Source: an uncultured delta proteobacterium (lineage in GTDB: Bacteria > Desulfobacterota > Binatia > UBA9968). Taken from it: a stretch of DNA of 64,000 nt. The notes beneath the pieces were generated by a model, which had not been told where the DNA came from, ran no database searches, and worked only from the letters and a program-made list of their open reading frames with translations. The stretch is from assembly GCA_963745835.1 (NCBI GenBank), contig CAVUZH010000013.1:352001-416000 (forward strand). The letters are read 5' to 3'. A program made the translations under genes and the position numbers. Shown here piece by piece: positions 10,501-20,907 of this stretch (within the stretch, counting starts at the first letter, position 1; each line of letters opens with the position of its first letter).

Positions 10501-12322
10501 CGTTCCCCGCCTTGAGGACACCGAGGAGCGCGACAAGCATTTCCAAAGACCGGTCTACACAGACCCCCACCGACGTTTCGGGCCCTAGACCCAAACGAAT
10601 CAGGTAGTGGGCGAGTTGATTGGCCCGCTGATTGAGATCTCGGTAGGTGAGCTGCTCTCCCCTGAATTCAACCGCTATTACCGCCGGCGTACGTTCAACC
10701 TGTTCCTCGAATAACGTATGTATGCACTTGTCTATTGGATACTCTGCGGCTGTATCGTTCCATTCGATAAGCAATTGATGGCGCTCCGCTTCTGTAAGGA
10801 GCGGCAACGTAGAAATACCTTGATCTCTGTCTGTGACTACTGCCTTCAGGAGAGTTTGAAGGTGCCCCGTCATCCGTTGAATTGTGGAGCTATCGAAAAG
10901 ATCCGTGCTGTACTCGACATGTCCGATAAACTTGCCATCGCGCTCTCTGAGATAAAGCGATAAATCAAACAGCGATCGGCCGGTTTCGAATTCAATCGGC
11001 TCAATCTGCATGCCTTCGAGTGCTGATATGCCTCTGATTGCATTCTGCAGCGCGAACATGACTTGAAAGAGCGGATTGCGGCTCTGGTCACGTTCCGGCT
11101 GTAATTCTTGGACGAGCTTCTCGAAAGGAAGGTCTTGATGCTCTTGCGCATCAACACAAACCGCACGAACACGGGACAGCAATTCTCTAAAGGTCGGATT
11201 ACCTGATAGATCAGTCCGCAATACCAGCGTGTTCACAAGAAAGCCAATAAGAGGCTCCAGTTCAGGCCGGACGCGATTCGCGATCGGCGAACCAACAACG
11301 ATGTCCTCCTCTCCGGTATACCGGTAGAGCAAAAGTTGAAAGGCGGCGAGCAAGGTCATAAATGGCGTGACGCCGCATTCATTGCTCAATTCATTGATGG
11401 CCGCGGTTAGCGATTCCGGGAGGGTTATTGACAGTCTCGCGCCACGAAAGCTCTGTCTTAGCGGTCGTGAGCGGTCGGTGGAAAGATTAAGGATCGGCAG
11501 ATCGGCTAGCTGCTTTTTCCAATAGGAGATCTGCGAGTTAAGCACGGTTCCTTGCAACCATTCGCGTTGCCAGATGGCAAAATCCGCGTACTGGATCGGC
11601 AGTTCTTCGAGCTCAGACGATTTGTCCGCAGTGTACGTTTTATACAGAGACCAGAGTTCCCGTGACAGAATCCCCATCGACCACGCGTCGGATACGATAT
11701 GATGCGTGGCAAGAACCAGGATGTGCTCGTCATTGGCAACCCGAAGTACTTCGGCTCGAAGAAACATTCCTGCAGCAAAATCATAAGGGTTCTCGGCGGT
11801 TTCCTGAATTCGCCGTCGTATCTCTGCTTCACGATCAGCTTCAGGCGTTTGATGGAGGTCAACCACCGCGAGCTTAAAAGTAGCGGGAGGTTGGACAACT
11901 TGGAGAGGTCGCCCGTCTGCCAACTTGATCGTGGAACGCAGGACCTCGTGCCGCCGCAGGATCTCATTGAGGCTCCACTCCAACGCGGCGACATTGAGGC
12001 CTCCAGCGAGGCGCCAAGCACGGCACAGGTTGTAAATCGTGCCGCACGGGTCCAGTTGCTCCACGAACCAAAGCCGCTCCTGAGAGAATGATAACGGCGC
12101 AGGGCCGCCGTCAGTTCGCCTTGTGATAGGTGGAGGTATAAACCGGGCTGATGGTTGAAAACTGCGCAGGAACTCGAATAATTCCTGTTTGCGGGCCGCA
12201 ATTTGCGACCGGAGTTGTTTGGTCAGTTTGTTTTTCGGGGCGCTAACGCGTAGACGTTCACCTTTCGCGCTAAGCCTAACATCTTGAGTCTGAAGATAGG
12301 CGACGAACTCCGCAGTATTTAT
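7565..12322 (-). CDS. NRPS: TubC-type N-terminal docking domain-C-A(Ala)-T-terminal C; no TE
   Basis: The frame stays open 86 codons upstream of the listed start and encodes NTAEFVAYLQTQDVRLSAKGERLRVSAPKNKLTKQLRSQIAARKQELFEFL. C motif HHIVSDAWS; A code read manually as DLFNNALTYK (Ala-type); T motif FFDLGGHSLL; second C motif HHIISDAWS. Confidence 0.9.
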   Translation of the reverse strand: MNTAEFVAYLQTQDVRLSAKGERLRVSAPKNKLTKQLRSQIAARKQELFEFLRSFQPSARFIPPPITRRTDGGPAPLSFSQERLWFVEQLDPCGTIYNLCRAWRLAGGLNVAALEWSLNEILRRHEVLRSTIKLADGRPLQVVQPPATFKLAVVDLHQTPEADREAEIRRRIQETAENPYDFAAGMFLRAEVLRVANDEHILVLATHHIVSDAWSMGILSRELWSLYKTYTADKSSELEELPIQYADFAIWQREWLQGTVLNSQISYWKKQLADLPILNLSTDRSRPLRQSFRGARLSITLPESLTAAINELSNECGVTPFMTLLAAFQLLLYRYTGEEDIVVGSPIANRVRPELEPLIGFLVNTLVLRTDLSGNPTFRELLSRVRAVCVDAQEHQDLPFEKLVQELQPERDQSRNPLFQVMFALQNAIRGISALEGMQIEPIEFETGRSLFDLSLYLRERDGKFIGHVEYSTDLFDSSTIQRMTGHLQTLLKAVVTDRDQGISTLPLLTEAERHQLLIEWNDTAAEYPIDKCIHTLFEEQVERTPAVIAVEFRGEQLTYRDLNQRANQLAHYLIRLGLGPETSVGVCVDRSLEMLVALLGVLKAGNAYVPLDPTYPKERLRFMLEDAQASVIVTQQKYFEGGQLSALTDQLQYVWIDRDWPVIELESPANPHPHASSGSLAYVIYTSGSTGRPKGVNIEHRNTVNLLYWGRTVYGNEDLEGVLASTSICFDLSVFEMFVPLCWGGKIVLIDNILRLVDLANTSGITLVNTVPSAMTALLSVAALPRSVRTVNLAGEPLHRELVKRIHELGTVNKVYDLYGPSETTTYSTFTLRTPDGPTTIGRPIANTQIYILDDFLQLVPVGVPGELYIGGAGVALGYWNKTELTTEHFPKESFVDGPKARLYRTGDRARYTRTGEIEFLGRIDHQVKVRGYRLELGEIEAVLSANPGIKECAVILQQRSTVNCDGVLVAYYTAEADAPSGTELRNLLQKKLPTYMIPSEFVPVVNMPFTFNGKVDRNALRLSNIEVPKPIHADVEPRNEIEQCMLQIWRDVLQHEGVGIHDNFFDLGGHSLLSIQIISKLKECFDREVPFSALFDSPTVAELSRKIEMLLNETGVPELPPIVRAPRSGPAPVSVNQEFIWQIDQMFPGTDLFNMPYVYHLSGAVDSEMLEKALKEIVVRHEALRTVFAVVDGRPVQIIKDETDFHCAHIDLHQSSKKSLSQRAAKLILEERERPFDLATGPLLRTCLLRLSVPASLLVVTVHHIISDAWSMQLFRQELTVLYEAFIVGRPSPLSNPSLQYGDYAVWERDILNSGLLDNQLSYWREQLANPHPSAIPSGRHKRITHRKVYNSQQQFELNGRRFELFKSRANNQNCTVFILFIAALKILIHYLTGKEDIRVATIVSNRRFLSCHATIGNFANTVLLRTRIRRDLSIDEAIKRVRETILAAQHNQAVPFEVLARTLPAEIVSDRNWRPRVIVMYERSTAQAPTPNAISIAPLSMQEPIQHVASTPTLYDVTFRVKEFSSNLTGSVTYSTDVFHLGVAAHVVDCLRQVMISISSISSSVAVGSLAPSIVLKPNKHV

Positions 12323-15300
12323 ATCTCGATCTCCTCTCGGTCCGTATCCTCCGTGCCAGATGTCGTGTCTGATTGTTCTATTCGAACGTCGATCTCTTTT
12401 GCAAGACCGTCAATGGTGGGAGACTCAAAAAAAGTGTGCAATCCAAGCTCCACACCAAAAACGTCTCTGATACGCGATATTGCCTGCGCCGCCAACAACG
12501 AATGCCCTCCAAGCCGAAAGAAGTTCTCTTCTATACCGACCTGCTCCCGACCCAGGACCTGACATAAGATAACGGCGAGCTTTGCTTCGACTGCGGTTCT
12601 GGTAGCAGTTGTTGCGCTCGCCGGCAATTGTTGAAGTCGCCTAACAGGCGGCAGCGCTTGATAATCAATCTTTCCGTTAGGAGTCAGCGGCAGCTGTTCC
12701 AATATGACCATATGTGCCGGAAGCATGTAATCGGGAAGTCTGGTACTCAGATACCCGTGCAACAGGTCCGCCGTGCTGGAAATTGGGTCATCAGCAGCGA
12801 CATAGGCAACCAAACGCTTATCGGATTTTTGATTTTCGATTTTGGATTTTGAATTCTCGGATATGCACTCGTTGAATTCCCTTACAACCACGGCTCCGTT
12901 TTTAACTACTGGGTGCTTTTTGAGAACGGATTCAATCTCCTCTAGCTCGACGCGAAAGCCGCGGATGTTAACTCGGCGATCGGTTCGACCCGCCCACTCA
13001 ACGTTGCCATCGGGCAGATATCGGGCCAGCTCACCGGTCCGGTAGAGCCGGTCATTCGAATTACTCGTGAATGGATTCGCTAGAAATTTTTCGCTGGTGA
13101 GGTTTTCGTCTCCTACATAGCCGGCAGCTAAATGCGGGCTGCGAACGTGAAGCTCGCCGAGCTCGCCAACGCCGGCTAACTGCCAACTCTTGTTGAGCAG
13201 CAATAGCTGAACGTCTTTGATACCTTTGCCCAAAGGAACTGGCCGATTGGCATCGGTGTTGGTCAGGGTGAAATCCCTGGGAATTTCGTAGTAGCCCACC
13301 GCGCGTTGGGTCTCCGTCGCGCCGTAGAAACAGCCAATCGTTGCGTTGGGCACCAGTGCTCGGATGCGCGCCACTTCCCCGCGGGTTAAAACATCGCCTC
13401 CAAAGAAGACCCGACGTATCGCAACTAGCGGCTGGTCAGCGGCGGCCAACAAAAGTTGGCCAAGAGCAGGGGTGAGATGCAGGACTGAAATTCCGTTCAC
13501 CCTCAACCATGCGGTCAACTGCGCGGGTTCTCTGACAATGTTGGACGGCGGGACGTAGAGCGTGGCTCCAAGATAAAGCGCCGTGAAGATGTCACGATGG
13601 AGATGATTGTAGGCGAGCCCGGAGAGCAGGCAAAAGCGATCCGTTTCACACAGTTCGAACGCTTCCTTTTGCCACGACAAGAAATGCGTGATCGGCCCGT
13701 GCCTACCGCGCACGCCTTTCGGCTCTCCCGTCGAACCGGATGTAAAGGCGATATACGCGGGATCATCGGCACCGACAATGACCTCTGGCGCGACATTGGG
13801 CTGCTGACTGACAAGGTCGAGAAGCGCCCGTTTGCCTCTCGGTAATTTCAGACGGAACGAAAGATTGTGAGTGTCCAGATACGTCCCGAGCTCTTCTGGT
13901 AAATGCCCTGCCGCCTCCATTTGGATCCAGCCCCATGAATCCGAGATTCGTAAATAGGCAGTCAATCGGGCGGATGGGTATGCCGGATCGAGAATGACGA
14001 AAGCCGCGCCGGCTTTAATTATCCCGAGCAAGACTACGACGAGCTCAGAACTCCTTTGCGCATAAATGGCAACGACATCCCTCGGTTTAATCCCTTGCGC
14101 GACCATGTAGTTCGAAAGTTGGTTGCTGCAGATTTCTATCTCACGGTAAGTCCAAGTTTCTTCCCAATCGATTGCCGCCAGCCGATCCGGCGCGCGTTCA
14201 GCCCATTGCGCAACATACGCATAAATAGGTCCGTGCCAGGTATCATCAAGGGGCTCAGTCGGATCGGGAACCTGCGGCGGCATTGAGGGCAGCAATAGCG
14301 TATATTCGGCGATGCTCACTTGAGGCCTTTCTGCAAGTTGCGAGAGAAGATATCTGAGTTGCTCGAGCATTATGCAAATCCGAGATTCAGAGAACAGATC
14401 TGCGTTGTACACGATCGCGAGTTCTATCGCAGCGTCTTTTTCTGGCGCATAAAGAGTGATGTCAAATTTGGCCTCTGGATCGATAAACGATTCCTTTTTT
14501 ACTTCGCAGCCAGCAAGTTGCAGCACCCGTTCCGTCACGTCGGCCATGTTGAACATGATCTGGAACAAGGGATTACGGCTCAAATCACGGTTTGGATTAA
14601 TCGCCTCGACGATTCGTTCAAAGGGCGCATCCTGATGCGTGTACGCGCCTAAGCAGACTTCGTGGACACGCTTCAATAGTTCCAAAAAGCTCGGGTCGCC
14701 CCAGAGATCGGTGCGCAAAGGCAGCGCGTTGATGAAGAACCCGATGAGCCCCTCGGTTTCAGCACGGCTGCGCCCCGCGATGGTTGATCCAATGACCACA
14801 TCATCTTGTCCGGAGTAACGCGAGAGCAGAAGTTGGAATGCGGCGAGCAGTGTCATGAAAACAGTGATACCTTCCCGCCGGCTTAGCTGTTTGAGTGAGT
14901 CAGTCAATTCCTTCGAAAGAGACAGACATTTGCGAACTCCACGAGAGGTTTGCATCGCCGGTCGCGGGTAATCTGCCGGAATGCAAAGTGGCGTCAGGTC
15001 AGCAAGTTGCCGTTCCCAGTACTCCAGTTCTGTCCCTAATACGGCGCCATGGAGCACGTCCCTTTGCCATATTGCATAGTCAGCGTACTGGACTAGCAGT
15101 GGCGGTAACGGATTCGCTTGACCGCTGATGAAAGCCTGGTACAAAGTTCCAAGTTCCTTATAGAGCACGGCCATAGACGAGCCGTCGAGGACTGTATGAT
15201 CAAAGTTCAAAAGCAAGTAGTGTTTGTCTTGATCGACTCTTATTATCTTTGCCCTGACGAGTGGCCCGTTTCGAAGATCGAAAGGCTTACGTGCCTCTTG

Positions 15301-18300
15301 TAATAAGATTTCGCGCACCGCCACGTGCCGTGAATCCGGGCTGAGTTCTGCAACCTCGGAACTCGACAACTCTAATCTAAGAGAAGGCCTAATCTTCTGA
15401 ATCAGGCTGCCATCTACCAAATCAAATGTCGTTCGCAGAATCTCATGGCGAGCGACAATGGTATTGAGAGCAGCTTCAAGAGCGGGAACGTCGAAGGGCC
15501 CGCGGATGGAGAATGCGGCAGGGATATTGTAAGCGGTTGAACCAGGATCCACCTCGCGTAAAAGCCACAGGCGCTGCTGCGCAAACGAAGCAGGGATCGG
15601 ACGATCCCGAGAAACCGCGACGATGGGCGAGATCCTCGTGCCACTCTGATCCTGAAGCAGGATTTTGAGATGATTGGCCAATCCAGCAACCGTCGGCGAT
15701 TCAAAGAGTTGTCGCAGGGGAAGGTCCACCGCAAAATTATTCCGTAATCTCGCGACCACTCTAGTTGCAAGCAATGAGTGACCGCCCAAATCGAAGAAAT
15801 TGTCGTGCACGCCGACCAGATCCAGCCTTAAGAGGTCGCGCCACACCTGAGCCACCATTTCCTCGATCTCAGTCCGAGGCGTAACAAGCTCACGATCTAG
15901 TTCAGGCCGTATGCCGTCTGGTGGTGTCAATGCAGTTCGGTTTACTTTGCCATTGGGCGTGAGCGGCAGGTTGTCAACGATTATGAATGTTGATGGAACC
16001 ATGTATTCGGGCAGTTTTTCTTTCAGGTAGCCACGCAATTCACCAACAGAAGGTGCCGCTTGCTGCTTTGCCACGACATACGCAATCAACGATTTTGGAT
16101 TTTTGATTTTGAATTTTGGATTCTCGAAAAGATCCGAATGCGCAATGACTACACTGGTTTTCACAGCCGGATGTTGATTCAGTGCCGCTTCGATTTCGCC
16201 CAGCTCTACGCGATGACCGCGGATCTTGACCTGGTTGTCGAGCCGACCGAGAAATTCAATATTACCGTCGGCGAGATAACGCGCACGATCCCCCGTGTTG
16301 TACAATCGTTCTCCTTGTACGAACGGATTTGGTACAAACTTCTCCTCGGTCAACTCCGGTCGATTCCAGTAGCCTCGCGCTAAGCCACCGCCGCCGATAT
16401 AAAGCTCGCCTTGAACACCAGAGGGCACCAGCTCTAAGTGGGTATCCAAAATATAGCTCTGCGTATTTGCTATCGGACGGCCGATGGGAACTGCGACGCC
16501 GCCGCTTTTGACCTTGTGAATCGTACACCAGATGGTACTTTCGGTTGGCCCATACAGGTTCCAGACATTGCCGCGCACAAGCAGCGCATCCGCCAATTCT
16601 CTGGACATCGGCTCACCGCCGCAGAGTATTTTGAAGGTCTGGGAACCTCTCCATCCCGCTTCAATTAATAGGTCCCAGGTGGACGGTGTCGCTTGCATGG
16701 TTGTGGCCGAAGTTTCTCTAAGGCGATGCAGCAACTCACTTCCGTCGCCCGCTTCTTCACGCGCCGCCACGGCGACGGTGCCTCCAAAAAGCAGCGGTAA
16801 ATAGATTTCCAATGCAGCTATATCGAAAGAAATCGTGGTGACCGCTAATAGCACGTCCCTCTTCGTAAACCCGAGCCGCTCGGCCATTGAATGGAGACAG
16901 TTGACTATGGACCGGTGTAATACCTGAACGCCCTTTGGTTTCCCCCTCGATCCGGAAGTATAGATCACGTAAGCGAGATTATCCGAAGTAAGCGGCACGT
17001 TTGGATTCTGGTTGCTGCACGCTTCTATTGACGCGCAATCACGATCCAAGCACACATAGACAGGCTCCGCGCTGATGCCTGATAGCTCACAGCTCCTTAT
17101 CAGCTTTTCTTGTGTCACCACCACGGAGACGTTGGCATCCTCCAACATGAAAGCCAGGCGCTCTTTCGGATAGGCCGGGTCTAGCGGCACATAACCAGCA
17201 CCCGCCTTGAGAATTGCCAATAATCCAACAACCATGTCCACTGATCGATCGAAGTAGATCCCAACCAGCCTCTCTGGGCCCATCCCTAAACTGATCAGGT
17301 GCCATGCGAGCTGGTTGGCGCGAGCATTCAGTTCTCGGTAAGTCAGCTGTTGCTCTTGGAAGGTGACCGCAATTGCATCAGCAGAATTCTCGGTTTGCTC
17401 TTCGATTAGCTCGTGGATGCATTTGCTTTTCGGATACTCCCGGCCGTGTCATTCCACTCAATGAGGAGTTGTTTCCTCTCCGCTGCAGTAAGAATAGGAT
17501 AGTCCGAGATTCGTCGATCTGGATTGTCGCTTACTTCCTTGAGCAGGGTTTGATAGTGGCCTACCATCCGTTCGATCGTATCGGGCTTGAACAAATCAGT
17601 GCTGTATTCAATCGAGCCAACTAGATGTTGATTTGATTCTTGCAACGATAAGGTCAGGTCAAATTTGGCCGTTCCGTTTTCTAGCTCTAAAGCTTCAGTT
17701 CGGACGCCATCAAGGCATAGCTCTTCAGCACCTGGTTCCTGCATTGCAAACATCACGTGAAATAAGGGGTTCCGGCCCAGATCCCGCGTTTGTACTGTTG
17801 CCTCCACGAGTTTCTCAAACGGGAGATCTCCATGCGCAAATGCCTCATGGCAGATGTTGCGAACCCGCAGGACTAAATCTCTAAACGAAGGATTTCCAGT
17901 CAGGTCCAGCCGTAGGGCCAGCGTCTTTACGAAAAATCCTATTAACTGCTGCAATTCTGGCTGGTATCGATTGGCAACCGGAGAGCCCACCACGATATCT
18001 TCTTGTTCGCTATAGCGTCGCAACAGTGTCGCAAATGTTGCGAGCAAAATAACAAAAAGAGAAACATTTTCTTTTCGGCTAAATTCTTTCAGGGCTGTGG
18101 TTAGACGACGATCGATGGCCAGTGACCACCTGGAACCTCGGAAGGATTGAACTTTCGATCGCGCTCGATCTGTCGGCAGGTTTAGCAGCAAAGGCGGTGC
18201 AGCAAATCGAGGTTGCCAATAATCGAGCAATGATCTAAGTCGGTCCCCCTGCAGCTCATTCCTCTGCCACCAAGCGTAATCACCGTACTGAATCGTCAAT

Positions 18301-18929
18301 TTGGCTAGAGTAGGTTCTTGACCCATGTGAAATCGGCCGTACAGCGCCTCTAACTCTCGGTACAAGAGGCTGACAGACTGTCCATCACAAACAATCTGAT
18401 GCAGCGAAAGAAAAATGAGCCACTCTTCGTCGTCCATTCGTAGCAAAACGACTCTGATTAGGGGCCCATCGAGTAAGTCGAACGGTTTGTGTGCTGCGCA
18501 GTAGCGATGCGTGAGCCTTCGGTTTTAAGATCCTGCACAGGAAGTTCCGGAGATCGAGCACGGAAACATCCAAATGGACGCTTGGTCAATTACCTGTACA
18601 GGTTTTTCGCTGGCGCTGGAAAGTGTCGTTCGCAGGACACGTGATGGCGAATGATTTCGTTGAGACTTTGAGTGAGCGCATCGACGTCACGGTACCTTCG
18701 CAAGCAATGGAATTTTGGAAATATTGTAGACGGGACCGCCTGGCTGTAGTTGAAAAGAAACCACAGTTGTTGGTGACGAAAGGTAAGATGCTGGGTCATC
18801 CCCTAGCGATGTTGTCTCTATTTTTCTGGGCTGCTGCTCCGTGAAGAACCCGTGTTCCTGTTGCAGCAAGATGAATAGAGTTCGCGTCCGGCGAGACGAT
18901 GTTCTTTCGAACATTGTCCGACGAGTCAT
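12319..18929 (-). CDS. NRPS: C-A(Gly)-T-C-A(atypical)-T with acidic docking tail; 5' part broken by several frameshifts, start approximate
   Basis: Fragments at 18385-18929 give QQLWFL/QLQPGGPVYNI. ORF 17406..18446 is a C domain with HQIVCDG. ORF 12319..17283 has A code DILQLGLIWK (Gly-type), T GGHSL, C DHTVLDG, A code NHRHFGFRAK, T GGHSL and the tail DREEIEI. Confidence 0.85.
12824..12858. repeat. Five tandem heptamers (GATTTTG-type) inside the A domain coding sequence
   Basis: GATTTTT GATTTTC GATTTTG GATTTTG AATTCTC; encodes ENSKSKIENQKS. Confidence 0.8.
16091..16125. repeat. Five tandem heptamers (GATTTTG-type) inside the A domain coding sequence
   Basis: GATTTTG GATTTTT GATTTTG AATTTTG GATTCTC; encodes ENPKFKIKNPKS. 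Confidence 0.8.
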
Positions 18930-18975
18930 CAGGCACGACCTCCAAGCATCCCTCTCCGCTCCTCCAGTGGTTTCT

Positions 18976-20907
18976 CTATCTCGTTGGAGTCAGCCACCCT
19001 CGCATCCCGGAGCAAAATCCGAGGCTGCCAGAGTCCGCCGCTTCAACCGGTTGGACTTCATGCATGCTGAGAAACTCCGCAAGCTGACTAACGGTCGGCA
19101 GTTCATAGGTGTTCACCGGCCGTCTCGGCGCGAACTTTTCTATGATCTCAGATGCGAGCTGCGTTGCTAGCAGCGAGTCGCTACCGAGCTCGAAAAAGCT
19201 ATCGTTAATGCCGACCCCATCGATTCCAAGGACCTCGGCGCAGAGGTTGCAAAGCGCCTTTTCCAGATCCGTCCCGGGCTGAACGTAAGGCGTTGCTAAC
19301 TCCGGACGAGAAATTCCCGGTGAAGGAAGGGCGCGGCGATCTATCTTCCCACCGGGTGTGAGCGGTAGTGAATCGACGGCAACATACCAAGAAGGCAGCA
19401 TGTACGGCGCCAATTTGGCTTGTAGCAGACCGCGCAAATCTCCGGTACTAAAGATCCCGCCATCCTGAGGCACAACATAAGCAACCAACCGATTGGCGCC
19501 GCGGCTGTCTCGCCAAGGCACAATGACGCCTTCTTTCACCTGTGGGATCTCCAATAACGCCCTCTCGACCGCTGAAACTTCGACGCGGTGCCCCCGCACC
19601 TTAACCTGGAAGTCTCTTCGCCCGACATGGAAGAGACAGCCGTCGGACGTCCGGTATCCCAAATCTCCGGTGAAATACGTGCGTCTGGTTTCGTCTCTCG
19701 GGTCGAACACAAACTTCGACCGCGTCAGTTCCGGCTGATGCCAATAGCCGACCGAAAGATAGCGGCTTCGAACCGCAATCTCGCCAACCTGATTGGCACC
19801 AACGTCATTTCCATCCTCATCGACTATCAAAATTTCATTGCCTTCGAGCGGATATCCCACGGGAACGTGTTCGCCGATGATCTCAGTATGCTTACGTATG
19901 AAAAGAGAACGCGATAGTTTACTCTTGCTTAGACCCAGACGAGTAACAAAAAGACATGAGTCAGAAAAATGGTTTTTGAGGAGGACAATGTTGTTTTTGG
20001 ATATCGGCTCTCCACCCACGTGTATCAAACGCAACTGGGGAAAAGAATTTTAATCCCCTTGACGTTCTTGACCGCCAGACGAAAGACCGACGTCACACAC
20101 GTAAAAGCAGTGATGTTTTCTTCCGCGAGCCAACGCCCCAAATCGGTTGATCCATCTTTCAGGTCAAGAGGTAATAAAGTAGCGCCGTTGAGTAAGCCGA
20201 GCAACGCATCGCGCGTGGCTCCGACATTGTTGGAACGAACCAAACTGATTCGGTCATCGGGCGTAATGTGTAACGCATTCGTGTTCGTCATGATGTTATG
20301 AATCTCGTTTCGATGATTCGCCATGACACCCTTCGGCTCGCCGGTAGATCCCGAGGTGTAGTGAATATACGCAAGATCACTTGCAGCGATCGCCGGTACC
20401 AGGATTGGCCTCCGAGAGCCCTGTGTCCAAATTGTCGATATTGACAACCGTCGTGGACTGCGCAGCTAGCTGATTTGCCAAAGCCAGATTGGCCTGATCG
20501 CAAAGAGACCATTTTTGTTAGGCGCAAAATCTTGAAGTATCCGAGTCAGTCTTGCCGGGGGAATCGAGTATTCGATGAACGAAGGGGCGGCGCGACTTCA
20601 GCACCGCGAAGCTGGCTATTATGGATGACACTCCCGGTTGACAGAGCACCGCCACCGGATCGTTGCTCATCGGATGAATAGGCAAAATCGCGTGAGCTGC
20701 TCTATTCACCGCCCGATTCAGCACCTCATAAGTAAGCTGCCGATCGCGAGTTCTTAAAGCTAGCCTCTGACCGTGCTCGCGTGCTCGTTGTTCAAAGCAA
20801 TCTGCAATGGCTCCCTCGAGATAATCCTTTTTGAATTCTACAAACGGATTGGCTGGACCAATGCGCCCATCGGCAATTATCGGCAATTCCGTTTTTGTGT
20901 TACTCAT
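18976..20907 (-). CDS. NRPS starter A-T didomain, multiple frameshifts
   Basis: Starts MSNTKTELP at 20907; LTYEVLN (A1), AYIHYTSGSTGEPKG (A3), YFTGDLG, GRRDFQVKVRGHRVE, PGGKIDR and T motif FFELGSDSLL are spread over ORFs 20518..20964, 20025..20447 and 18976..20034. Confidence 0.8.
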
